From the NCBI RefSeq assembly GCF_024521635.1, contig NW_026250404.1:248001-312000 (forward strand): DNA of 64,000 nucleotides, in the 5' to 3' direction. Below the pieces are notes generated by a model. That model worked only from the letters and a program-made list of their open reading frames with translations. It searched no databases and was not told the DNA's origin. Both the position numbers and the translations under genes were made by a program. This document shows, piece by piece, positions 12,529-24,450 of this stretch (positions are counted from its first letter, which is position 1; each line of letters starts with the position of its first letter). The stretch is from Tricharina praecox (taxonomy: Eukaryota).

Positions 12529-14257
12529 TCAATTTTCTCCGCCCCTCTGAGCACCAAGCCTTCTCACCAGTCCATGCCCCGTGGGGTTGGTGGCTGTGGT
12601 TGGCAAGGGCTCTTCCTCGAATTCCCGAGTTCCGACTGTACTGATCCGTCCACCGTAGCTCTTTCTCGGGAGGGGAATTGCACTGCCGCCGCTGTTGACC
12701 GTGTTCCTTCTGTTCGACATCCCGAATCCCCCGTCTTGGCCGCCCATACTCCTCCTGCCGCTGCCTGATATATCGTATTCTCCGAAGCTGTGGCCGGTCA
12801 TCGGGGTCATCCTTCCGCCGAAACTTGCCCGGCTCTGCGGCCTGATGGGAAGTGTTGTGGTCCGATCCAGTCCGTTCCCTGACATGGAAGAACGCGATGT
12901 TCTGCCAGATACGCGAGATTCTGGCCGGGGGATCCCGCCTCCCGCTCGACTTTCAGGCCTCGCCATTCGGGACGCCGGTCTGTTATCGACGGCCGGGTAG
13001 CTCAGACGGCCGCTGTAATTGCTCTCTCCACCTGACGTCACCGAGGAGGCGGTCGATACGGATGGAGCCCGAGATTTCTTGTGTGACCGCAGTGTGATCG
13101 CGTTCATAGTGAGTGGCGGTGCCATCTGCGGGTGGTGTGGTGAACCTCGCGGAGGAGTGGTGACGGCAGGACCAGGAAGCTTGCTCCGGGCACTCTGTAC
13201 TCGCTGCTCCAACCGTTGCATCTGTCCGATCAAGCCACGGATCTGGGTGAGAGACCGCGAGGCCGGCATCGGCAACGCCGAATTTCCACCGATGGACGAA
13301 CCTCGCGAACGCTTCCTGAACTTCGGCTGGAAGTTTCGGGGACGCGGGGTGGTTGCGTCGTGGCAAGGAATGCTGAGCCGAGCGCACTGCGAGGGCGTAG
13401 TCGACACCTCGGACATGGGTGGTGACGGCGGGCCCGAGTGATCCGACTGGGGCGTGGCGGTCGAGGCAACGGACGGCGTCGTCATGGACGTGCCCAGTTC
13501 ATCCGACAGAATTGTCGAGCTATCGGACAATGGCGACGGGAATTTGGGTGGAGGCACGTGGTGCAAACTGCCGTTACCGTATTTGGCCGCCATGGCCAGG
13601 GTGTTGTTGAGCTTCTCGGCGGTGATTTCCTGTTCCACCTTGAGGTCCGACAGTTCGTCGCGCAACCGCTGCACTTCGATGCGCAGAGCCTCTCTCTCCT
13701 GTTCTCCCGCTCGGACCTCCTCCTCCATCATGACTCCTCGTTCCAGGGAATGGTTGTATTTCGACTCGATATCCTCCAGCGAAGACATCACGATTCGTTC
13801 CTGTCGCTCAAAGTCGTCATTGGAGACCTCCATGTCGCGTAGTCGCAGCTGCATGGCCCGGTTCTGTTCCCGCAACGAGGTGATTTCCTTCTGCAGGAGA
13901 TTCTGGGCCGAGTTCGCTTCGGTTTTGGACTTGTTGTACTTGTTCTGTTTCGCGAAAATCGTTTCATCAGCATTTCCTCGAGCGCCCTCGCACCGTACCC
14001 CTTATCGGGTGGGTTGTCCGTGCATCGTGGAGGGGGGAGATAACTACCTTCCACTCATCGACCTCGTACCGTAGCGCTTCATTCTTGTTCCTGAGATCCC
14101 GGTGCTGTTTCTCGCTTGCCTCCAACTCCTTTTCGAGCTCCTGCTCTAGTTCTCGCGACGAAGCCTGGAAGTCGGCGAGCTCTGCCTCCAACTCTCGGAC
14201 ATGCGACTTGTAGAAATCCAGAGTCTCGTCGGAGGACTCGGGGTCGTCTAGCGACAT
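12529..14257 (-). CDS. nudE: Nuclear distribution protein NudE (dynein/LIS1 regulator); exons 14048-14257, 12529-13944; 541 aa
   Basis: N-terminal coiled coil (ELADFQASSRELEQELEKELEASEK, LRLRDMEVSNDDFERQER) and NUDE_C motif SRSLTQIRGLIGQMQRLEQRVQSARSKLP. Intron 13945-14047 is in frame. Confidence 0.93.
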
Positions 14258-14785
14258 ATCGGCGGAGGAAGAGGCGGAGGTGGCGACGAAGCTACAGCAG
14301 TGGCTAGTCTATCAGTGTGTGTATCCTTATTTTATTTTTTCCTTTCGCGTATAGTAGTGTTTAGGTTCTGGTTGTGAAGGTAAAGGGTAGCCGTCGCGAG
14401 CCGGGGGGTTTGCAGTTGAGGGGCGTCGTTAAGTTGAGTCGTGTCGGTGGGGTTCTTATTAGGGAGAGGGAGGAGGGAGGAGCGATCGAGATGTAGGATG
14501 GACGTGGACGGGTTGTCGGAAGTGTCGGTAGTTTCGTTCGAATTGGCGATGAGCGACGACCTACCTCCTACCTACCTTTACTCCCGGTCGCTTTGTCCCG
14601 TTGAAACAGAGGTAGTCGCTCCTCCGGGAGTCCGGACGGGGCGATGGGTGTTGGTGGCGATGACGGAGGGGTATTAGGTGAACGTCGTGGGTCGTAGGGG
14701 TCGTGATGTAGTTGTTGTTGTTATTGTTGATGTTTATGTTATACTGTAGTCGCGATGGTTGTTGGAGTCGAGAAGTGTGGTGGGT

Positions 14786-14825
14786 GTGGTGGTGGTGGTG
14801 GTGGTGGTGGTGGTGGTGGTGGTGG
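14786..14825. repeat. (GGT)n microsatellite
   Basis: About 13 consecutive GGT units read directly. Confidence 0.9.
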
Positions 14826-15983
14826 ATGCAGGTTGGCAGTTGCTATCGCAGTTGAAGGAGGAGTGTGAGTGTTGAACTGCGGAGGAGGGGGGCACGGCCC
14901 AGATCCTGGAGAAGCATGTACGGTATGTAGTGTACATAACTGCAAATACATGCCAACTTCAAATGCTCTCCATACCTTCCCCCGTTCGATCTACTCTCCC
15001 CTACAACTTCGTTCTCTGCCGCGGCCAGCCCAGGTGCACCAGGGCCATCATACGGCGTTCGTTTAACTTTCCATAGTAGAGTAGAGCACAAATGCACGAA
15101 CAACTACCGCATCCGATCCGCCCCAGTCCATCCTGCCCGCCCGCGTAGTCGAGAGAAACGAATAAATCTCCGGGCCCACGGCCACAAACAAAGCACCGAC
15201 ATCGTCCATCTGTCCGGGCGCATAACCCGGCGTAGCACGGCTTCCCGCTCTTTGTTTGCTGGCGGGCGCAATGGTCGTGAAGATATCTTCATCGGTGGGG
15301 CATATGGCGCCGTGACGCAGCGCATGCCACGGCTTGGCACACTCGAGTTTGCCAGCTCAACCCAATTTGCACCGAAAACATCCCCCAGGACACAAGGAGA
15401 TGAAGCGGCGCAGCCTGTCTGTCGGGTCTGGCTTTGAGACAGTCCGGCTCCCCTTCCACAAGGTGAAGCACAAGCACTGCGGCACTTTCCTACGGGACAT
15501 ACTTCGTACTTCTTCATAAATACCCACTCCTTCCCGATCACCATCGCCGGAGTAGTCATGAGGTATGATACCTCCGTCGCTGTGCATGCTACTATGAAGC
15601 TAGTGCCCTGGATAAACAAAAGACGACATGACATCTACATGCATCTCCTCAGCATCTGCCAGCGAACCATCGCTGCTGCTGCTGCTGTGCGCCGTTGGCG
15701 CGACCACCACCAGCACCGGTGGGCTGCTCTACTACATATACTTGACCACATGGCCAGGCCGACGACAAGAACCCCTCATCGATCGCGGAAAATCGTATGT
15801 ACTCTACACAGAACACCCGCTTTTCCCCGCGCGCGCAGCAGCAGAGCGAGCACCGCGATAACTATCTCGAGCGGGGGAGCGGGGGGGAGGCGAGGGATCG
15901 CAACTTCGCAAGTGCAACAACTTGTTTGTCGACTCCGCACGATGTGAAACGACACGTCTTGTTCATGTACATATTGTCCGTAC

Positions 15984-16020
15984 CCCAAACCCAAACCCAA
16001 ACCCAAACCCAAACCCAAAC
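15984..16020. repeat. (CCCAAA)6 microsatellite
   Basis: Six tandem CCCAAA units read directly. Confidence 0.9.
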
Positions 16021-17055
16021 AGCTACTCTAGTTACCTTGCAGAGTAAAGTGCTGGCAGGCTGGCAGGTCTGGCACCTGTCCAACTCGACTGTCCGGTGTC
16101 CCTGCATGAAGCCAGTCCAGTCAAGTCGGTCGGCCAGGCCGCCACATGCCAGAACACCACTGGCCTGGCCCCCCGGTTAGCTTTCTGTTCATTATCTATT
16201 GGATCTGATTAGATCTCGCGTGCGTGCTGCAGGCTGCAGCCGGCCGGAGCCTGACGAAGCCGTCGAAGCCGTCGAAGCCAACTTTCTCTCTCACCAACCC
16301 CTCCAGACGTGTCTGTCGAGTTTGTCGAGTTGAACTCGTCGGGAAGCCCGAGTAATTCCCGCACATTATTCCCTCGAAGACTCCCCGAAGCTTTTCCTGC
16401 CGACGACGGCCATGCCGCCGATGGATCGAACGCACCGGACACCGAAATCGAGCTCAGCTCGAAAATCACCTCCACTGATTCTTCGGTGACGGGCTTTTGA
16501 AAAGTCCCTCTGCACTCGACCTCAAACTCAAACTCGAACTCGAACTTGAACGCCGACCAAGGTCGCGAAAAATGCAGCGATCCTTCCAGGGCAACAGGCT
16601 AGACATGGCCGTACACCGTACCTGCATAGACGAGCGCCACGCGAATGTCCGGTGCTCAGTGCATATGCGGATCCATATCCCACTGACCGGCAGGTCTGCT
16701 ACGGAGAAGACTGGACTGGTGCCGGCCGGACCTATGTACGATCCTGATGTGACTCCCTCCACTGATGGGGCGAGGGGGGAGCTTGCCATCTTCGGGCTGG
16801 TCTGCTGTGTGCCTGCGGATGAAAATGCCGCAAGAGCGAATCTTCTTTGTCGGCGGCGGCGGAAATCCTGTGCGAGGTGGCATACTTGTTGGAGTACCCG
16901 TGGTTGAAATGGTGGGGGATTGGGATTGGGGGCCGCGGTGGAGGTGGCTGGGAACTTGGGAACTTGGAAGTGGCCGGCGTTCAAGACTTCTTTTGCACGG
17001 GTGTGAGTGACGATCCGTGATAAGCTTCGTGCAAGTCTACGGTTCACATATCCTT

Positions 17056-17202
17056 CACCAGCACATTGCTTTCTTTATCTCTCGGACTCCACCACCAGCA
17101 CATTGCTTTCTTTATCTCTCGGACTCCACCACCAGCACATTGCTTTCTTTATCTCTCGGACTCCACCACCAGCACATTGCTTTCTTTATCTCTCGGACTC
17201 CA
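17056..17202. repeat. 37-bp minisatellite, ~4 identical copies
   Basis: The unit CCAGCACATTGCTTTCTTTATCTCTCGGACTCCACCA is repeated head to tail with no spacers. Confidence 0.95.
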
Positions 17203-18598
17203 TCGTCACCACGATTGTCGGTAGAGTACAGACCTCTGTGCTCCCAAGTCCGTCAGCCAATCTGTCCCCAGTTCCAAGTTCCAACCCTGAACCGCATCCC
17301 TGCCAGGCTGCCGCCCTAACCAAGGACACCATGTTCGACTCCCTCTCACCGCGTCCGCAAGACACCGTACGATGGTGATTCATTCGGTCGGTAAAAGCTG
17401 GCAGATGTCGGTACTATGATATGTACTCGCATCCCAGGCCTGACCTGCGGCTGGAAGGTTGACAGTCCGCCTGCAGCGGGATAGGTGGGTGGCGAAAACC
17501 TCGGTAATCTGATCGATAGGTAAGAGGTAAGAGGCGTAAGAGGTCGGCGCCGCAGGGGATGGGGACGTGTGGCTGACTGTTGTGTGGCTAGGCATATACC
17601 CAGCATGTAGTGCAGTAGGCGATCTCGAAAAGAGCTTCCCCACCCGTCCGCAGTGGAGCAAACCCGGAATGCTCCCGGGTGACCTTGCGGAGTGCCATGG
17701 GATACCGTGTTCGTTCCTCCATACGGGCGAGACAGTGGACTGCCGCGGCCCGATTGGCTCCGAGAGCGCCACGAATCTCCTCTAGTCCCACGTCGTCGGG
17801 AGCATGGCCATTGGCGAGAAGTTTGCTGCGTCTCCTCTCCTCTCCGTCCCGGAGGACACCTACTCACAGAGCGGTTGGTTGCGCCGGGCTACATAGAAGG
17901 CTATGTAGGTCTCGCGCCGCGGCTTCGCTTGTCTGACTAGCTACCTCGTGCATTCTCGTCAGGACAGCGTCCTCGATCGCAGCAGACAGAGCGTAACTCT
18001 GCGTCTGTAGAGTTGATGCTGCGCGAAGACGTCACTCACTGTGCGTACATGCTGTGACTGGCCGCCGCCGTGGGGAAGTCACACGGGTTCAGGGGCGCAG
18101 CATGTATGATGTGATAGTATCGCGGACTATGATGAATCGAACATTCTGCCCTTTTCCGTCTCAGCCACCGCATCCGTGTGCTGGACTGGACTAAATTGTG
18201 AGGTGGGGAGAGGGCGTCCACAGTTGCGAACACCCAACACCGACCACCGATCACCGAATAAAGCCCAAGTATTCGGTGCTCGTCAGGTGCATAACAGGGA
18301 TGGATGGGTACACGCACATGTGGGTATGCAGATGGATGGACCCCGCTTTGCGCCTTCAACCCCTCCTCGTCCTGATCATCATCATCCTCCTCCGCCTCGA
18401 CGAACCCTCCCGTTTGTCGTACTGTGAATCGCAGAGCCACTGCTCAGCCTTCCAGAAGAGAGCATAAACCCCCGGTGTCCATCTTCCAGATCCCGAGGTC
18501 TGATAGCACCCACCCACCCACCCATCCGAATCCATTCCTTTGGGTACTTATCACTGCTGAGAAGAGACGGTTGCAGGTTCTCAAGTTGTCAAGTCGCA

Positions 18599-20484
18599 AT
18601 GTCGGATCCAAAGCAACCCACTGCCACTGCCACTGGCCCGAGCGAACCGGCGCCTGCACCGACGGGCGAGGCCCCGCCCCAGTGTCCACCTGACCACCAC
18701 CAGCAGCAGCAGCAGCAGCAAAGCCAGTCGCCACTCCCACCCCCACCCCAGCAGTCGCAGTCAAACGTTCCGGGGGGATATACCCCCGGCCTACAGCAGC
18801 AGCTGCAGCAGCTGCAGCCACAGCAGCCGCCGAACGTGGGCTATCCCCAGCAGCCACTACAGCTGCCCGTGGCGGGATATCACCAGGGCCCTCCTTCGCC
18901 TGGAGGTTATCAGGCCCCGCCTTCGCCCGGTGGTTATCAGGCGCCTCCATCCCCCAGTTTCACTCCACAAGGCCAGTATAGCGCCCCACAATATCAACAG
19001 CAGCCACCGCCGCAAGGCTACTATGCTCAACCCCAACAGCCCGGGTACTACGCCCAGCAACCGCCGCAGGCCTATGGACAGCCACCACAGCAGCCTTATG
19101 GACAGCCGCCTCCACCACAGCAGCCATACGACCAGCAAGCACCACCTCAACAGGCTCCGTACAATCCGCAGTTTGGCTATCAACCACCGCTTCAGCAACC
19201 ATACTATGCGCCACCACCACCACAGGGCTACCCCCCACCGCAAGGCTACCCGCAGTACAGCCAGTCTCCCATGGATCCCAACAATCCCAATCCCGCTATG
19301 GGACAATACTACCCTCCACCCAACCCGCCAAAAGTCTATGAGTACAGTCCGGGCTACGCACCCGGCGAGATGGCCATTGGCTACGACCCGACGACCGACG
19401 CCGGAGTGATCAAAAAAGCCATCGGTACCCCCCACCACCCACCCAGCCCGCCCCTCCATCCAGCGCACTAACCCACCCACCAGGCGACACCCGCATGGAC
19501 CTCGACGCCCTCCTCAAGATCGTGCCCAAACTCACGCCTCTGCAGCTCGAATCATTCAAGCCGCACCTCACGGCGAACCCGCAAGACCTCGCGCGCAACA
19601 CCGACGAGATCGTCAAGACGGGGGTGTTAGGCCTGCTCATGGGGCCCAAGGACTTCGACGCATACATGCTGCACCACGCGCTGAGCGACAACGGCAAGGC
19701 GAAGCTGTCGTCGACGTTCAAGAACACGTGGATCCTCTCACTAGTCCTACTAAACCGCAAAAGCGGCGACATTGAGGCGATCAAGGACTCGTACCGGCGA
19801 CGGTACGGCGACACGCTTTTGCACCTGCTGAAGGACTGCCTACGCAAGGAGCCGCTGCTCGCCAACCTATACATGAACGTGCTCGAGAACCACTCCTACC
19901 CAGGACTATGTGAAGTTTCCGACCCGGCGGCGAAAACGGCGCTGCAGGCCGCCATAGACAAGGAAGCCGACGAGCTGTTCACCGCCACCGTCGGCACCGT
20001 AGAGGGGAATAAGTTCGCGTGGACGTTCACCAGCAGCTCCCATGAGCGCCTGAAGGATATTGCAGCCGCATACCAGAAGAGGCAGGATTGTGCGCTCATC
20101 GATACCGTCAATAAGAAGCTCAAGAAGCTCGAGGCCCTCAGGGATGAGCTGGCGTATATGCTCGCCGGCCTCACGGATGATGCGCGCGCCAATAGGGACG
20201 CGCTGCTGCTGGAGAATACTATGAAGGGCTTCGGTAGCCACCCCCCACTCCTGTGAGCTCGAAGAAACCACCGCTGACAGAAAGCAGGAACGAAAGATAC
20301 GGAACTAATCTTCCGGCTCATATCGATCGCGTGGGATAAGGACCGGCTAGGAGCGGTCAAGGACGCGTACAGGAAGAAGTTTGCGGCGAAGGTCAGTCTG
20401 CAGGCACGCATCGAGGGCGATACTAGTGGCGACCAGGAGAAGTTCCTCGAGGCCGTGCTGTTGAGTGATGGGAGGAGGGGCTGA
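18599..20484 (+). CDS. Divergent annexin with long P/Q/G/Y-rich N-terminus; exons 18599-19424, 19484-20233, 20288-20484; 590 aa
   Basis: An annexin A7-like low-complexity N-terminus is followed by annexin-repeat signatures: YDPTTDAGVIKKAI, DIEAIKDSYRRRYG, RDALLLENTMKGFGTKD and SLQARIEGDTSGD. Two canonical introns are in frame. Confidence 0.78.
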
Positions 20485-20778
20485 GGGGCTGGGAGGGGCT
20501 GGGAGGGGCTCTGGGACGCTGAGGGGCTCCGGGAGGGGCTGACGTGACGTGACGTGGGAATGCGCGCTGGGCGGTTGGTACAATGCTACCTGCCTAGGTC
20601 GTGCATATGCACTTTTATTTTTTTTGAGGTTTTATTCTTTACAGGTTGACTCCATGATCATACATGAATATAGGCATGTAGGCATGTAGGCAGCGAATAT
20701 ACACGGTTAGTTAATGATGGTTTCTAAACCTCCTCTACGCACTTTTATGTCTCCAGTTGAATATGATTCACCTAATGC

Positions 20779-20892
20779 TCTGCAACGTCCCATTCAGTCT
20801 CGCTTTCACTCACCAATAGTTCTGCAACGTCCGATTCAGTCTTACTTTCACTCACCAATAGGTCTGCAACGCCCCATAGAGTCTCACGTTCA
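20779..20892. repeat. 42-bp minisatellite, ~2.7 imperfect copies
   Basis: TCTGCAACG-starting units begin at 20779, 20821 and 20863. Confidence 0.85.
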
Positions 20893-21436
20893 ACGTAGGT
20901 AGGCGGAGTCGCAATCCCGGGTGATAGCGAGTGATAGCGAATGATGATGGCTGCGAGTGGTGGCGTGTGATCGGGAATGCTCCTGAATCTCCGATCCCGA
21001 AGGGAGGTGTCGTTCCTCTCGAGAATCCGGACTTGATCCTGGCGGGTTGTCGGGGTGCCGACGGGGGCACGTCAGAATTGGATGGGATCGCAGATCCGCA
21101 GTGGAAATCTGAAGCCCGTATTTACCTTTTTATTTTTATTTTTCAAACAGAAGCCGGCTTTCCACCGCCCCGCGCTCTCCAAAGTCCAGGGTCCAAAGTC
21201 CACAAAGTTCCAACTTCAAACAAGTTAGTTACTTCAACCGGGCGATCTGCAGCTAGACTTCCATGCAGGTTGCATACACAGGTGTCAGGTAGCTTGTAGG
21301 CTGTAGAGTAGGTAGGTACACACCCGTCACTCGTGTAACCGCGCATCTTCCAAGTTCCAAGCATGTAGGTATTCGCGGTGACGTCGTCGGCGCTCACCAG
21401 GACGACGAGTCTATCAACGGACGTCGGAAGTGACTG

Positions 21437-21444
21437 TATATAAG
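21437..21444 (+). promoter_or_regulatory. TATA box of the small hydrophilic protein gene
   Basis: TATATAAG lies 139 nt upstream of the ATG at 21576, followed by a CA-rich leader. Confidence 0.6.
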
Positions 21445-21575
21445 AACGTCCGTGGATTCCCATTTCCATCCATCGTAAAGCACGCACATCACACATCGCC
21501 GCGATACTATAACTACTCTACCTACCACACGACCACACCCTTTAAAGAACCCCCACACCCCCAAGAAACCTCATA

Positions 21576-22039
21576 ATGGACGTCATCAAGAACCTCGGCG
21601 GCAAGGACGCCAACACCCAGCAGACCAGCGACCAGTCCGGCGGCGGCCTCCTAGACACGCTCCACGGCGCCGTCGGCGGCGGGCGGCAAAGCGAGAAGAA
21701 CGAGGACGGCGTTGATAAAGGTATCCCTTCCTTCTTTCAATACACGAGTTCGTGGGTTGTGGGTTGTGGGTTGTGGGCACCAGGTAGCTAACGACCAGCG
21801 AAAAGGCGTCGACTTCGTCCAAGAAAAGTTCATGGGCGCCGGGCCGCAGGATAACGAGAGCGCGCTAGAGCAGGCGAAGGATGAGAAGATAAGTGATTGT
21901 AAGTGCTCCGTTTCCCCAGAAAGACAAGGGGAAAAAAGAGAGGAAAGAGGGTGAATGCTGATTTGTTGCGCGGCAAATAGTCGTCAGGGGACAGTATAAG
22001 TCGGCTACGGGGAGTGAGGTGCCGATTAAGGATAAATAG
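21576..22039 (+). CDS. Small hydrophilic fungal protein (family commonly annotated 'DNA damage-responsive protein 48'-like); exons 21576-21720, 21806-21898, 21981-22039; 98 aa
   Basis: The spliced product ends GGGRQSEKNEDGVDKGVDFVQEKFMGAGPQDNESALEQAKDEKISDFVRGQYKSATGSEVPIKDK, which matches my recollection of this conserved family. Confidence 0.82.
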
Positions 22040-22701
22040 GTAGATGGGGGGTTAGATCTGGAGTGGCGTGTATGGAGACGAGGCGGTGAGTCAATTGGAA
22101 ATAAATCATTCGAGGAATCTGTGCAGTTCCTATGATGATAGTGATCTCCTATGATTCTGTGAAGGGTCTCTACCGAAAGCGTGGAATCCAGGAACGAAAG
22201 TGACCGACACAACGAACAAAGTGACGTTAAAGCGTGATCTGACACTTCAACAAGACAAAAGGCGATCAGATCCATGCGAATGTACCTACTTGTAGAGTAA
22301 GACTGGAAGAGTGTAATCATACGACATCACTCGCTTCGAAGAATGCCAGCAGATTCCAGACATCTCGGCTGTGAAGAATGTATGTAGTTACGCATCATTT
22401 CGGGGCAGCCGTGTGTATTCCGCAAAGTGTGACGTGTCGTGTGAGGGGGCAAGCTGTCTAGATCTGTTTGTTTGATCATTAATTGCTTGCGACCTATCTA
22501 GATTCCAAATCATGGCAATATCCACCCAGCAAGCGGGCTAGAGAGAACGCATGCGGCCTTACTGGACTACGGCAACCAGCAAGGGGGCTACATTCAAGCA
22601 ATCAACTGCCAAAAACCCCGAAAAGCGAGTGATGGGCTGTGATAGCACCATACAATGTCGCACGTTTGTTTGTGAATACTAGCCGTGAGTTCGACTCCAC
22701 C

Positions 22702-22738
22702 AACTGTGCCCTAACTGTGCCCTAACTGTGCCCTAACT
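22702..22738. repeat. 11-bp tandem repeat (AACTGTGCCCT)x3 containing CCCTAA
   Basis: Read directly; three CCCTAA hexamers at 11-bp spacing. Confidence 0.9.
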
Positions 22739-22887
22739 CCCGACTTTCAACACCTTCCACAAGCTCCCATAGAAAATCCGCTAGCGCACAGCACCTCAGT
22801 ATAAAACCCGCGCCCGGTCTGCTCTCTCCCTCTCTTTTCTTCCATCCATCTTCAATCTTCCTCAACATCAACATCAACATCATCAAC

Positions 22888-23535
22888 ATGTATCAACATC
22901 ATCAGCAAATATATATTGTTGCACCACACTAGCGAGCAACACGCATAGCCCTCGGTGGCTTCCTATATCTTCGAAGATTCCTAACCGGAATTGCAAGCGA
23001 ATGCAGTGTATGGGAATGATATTGACTTATCGTTTCCTTTTCGCTGTGGGAATCACCGAACCCGCTCGTGTCTTCAGCTTCATCCATCCAAAACCGGCGA
23101 ACCGCGTTTAGCTGCCTTTCTCGGCTGCTGAGCGAGATCGAACATGTACCCACCGCAGTGGCTACTGCTGCAGCCATGCACAGCGTACTGCCCTCGAAAC
23201 GAACCTTGGCAGGGTGTCCTCCCTTTCACCACTAAGCACCGGGCAGAAGGATAGCCCGATCTCCACCATGCACGGGGGGGCGGGGTTTGACACCCGAGGA
23301 GTTGGAGACGAATTATGATGGGAGGACAAACTGAGTAATGCGAAGCAGACACTCGAGGTGAGATTGCAGCCTACCAGAAAGGGAGGTACTGAACGGGGTA
23401 ACTAATGTATATAGTGACCTCCGTCAGAGTTATATTTCCACGATGACTACCGCCGCCACAGCATCTAAAGTGCTGCTGCGAGGATCGCCCTGGAGTCGGA
23501 CCGTGTCACGGCGTGGACCCCCTTGCGAGACATGA
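22888..23535 (+). pseudogene. Candidate intron-containing pseudogene or spliced non-coding locus
   Basis: TATAAAA at 22800, a CT tract and CAACATG start context, plus intron-like segments 23008-23077, 23185-23246 and 23358-23414. The frames are broken by stops and apparent frameshifts. Confidence 0.4.
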
Positions 23536-24450
23536 GGGGTCACTCGGGCTGGGAGTGAGTGTGTGTGAGTTGGGATTGGAGTTTAGTAGGAATAAGTTGG
23601 GCTGGACAGTGGCGTGGAAACGGAGGGTGTACGGGTAGACATTGCCATGATCTAGACAGGTCACATGCAATCAATGATTAAACAAAACAAAAAAAATCGG
23701 CTGTAAAGAATGAAGGGAGAGTCAAGACCCAACGCCTACAGTCATCCGCCAGCCACAAGCCACAATCCCTTGTGATGGTGCTTTCGCGTGCAGCTCCCGG
23801 CCCCGAGCAGCCCGTTACCACAGCCCGTTACCACAACACGTCCAGAGAGATATATCACGTCTGTAAAAGCCGTCAACACTCCCCTCCCCTCCATCCACCC
23901 CTCCATCCCCTCCATCCATCGCATCTCCGCCTCCGCTTTCAGTTCAGTTCCAGTTCCCGGCCGTATGCAAGTAATTCTTACATAGCATACTGGGTATCCG
24001 CTTCGCTTTCGAATTTCTCTCCATCGGTTTTTAACGATACCTAGGAAAACGCACTCCTAGAAGTACATAGTAAAAAAACAAAAAAAAAACAAAAACAAAA
24101 CCCAAACGCACATACACAGGTAAAGAAAGCACAAGCACAAGAACATGAACATTAAAAGAAAAAGAAAGAAAAAACAACAGGAAAACAGGAAGCACAGTCC
24201 CAAAACCCCCCTCTTCTCCCCCAGATCGTTAAGTTAAGGTGAACGTGAACGCAATCCATAATCAAGGAAACGAGACATAAGAAAATAAAGAAACGGAAGA
24301 TAAAGAAGACAGAAAAAGCACTGAATCGATTAACCCCACTGCCTATTCAAAACTCAACCCAATCCAAGAGGATACCTACTTCCAAGCTACTCGTACCAGA
24401 CAGAAAAAAAGAAAACCAAAGGTAGATAAGAAGAGTAAAACAGGACGACA

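Noticed and set aside
15984..16020. Possible interstitial telomere
   Set aside because: The unit is CCCAAA, not CCCTAA; ordinary hexanucleotide microsatellite.
17056..17202. 37-bp repeats of CRISPR-like length
   Set aside because: Head-to-tail with no spacers, no cas genes, and a eukaryotic context.
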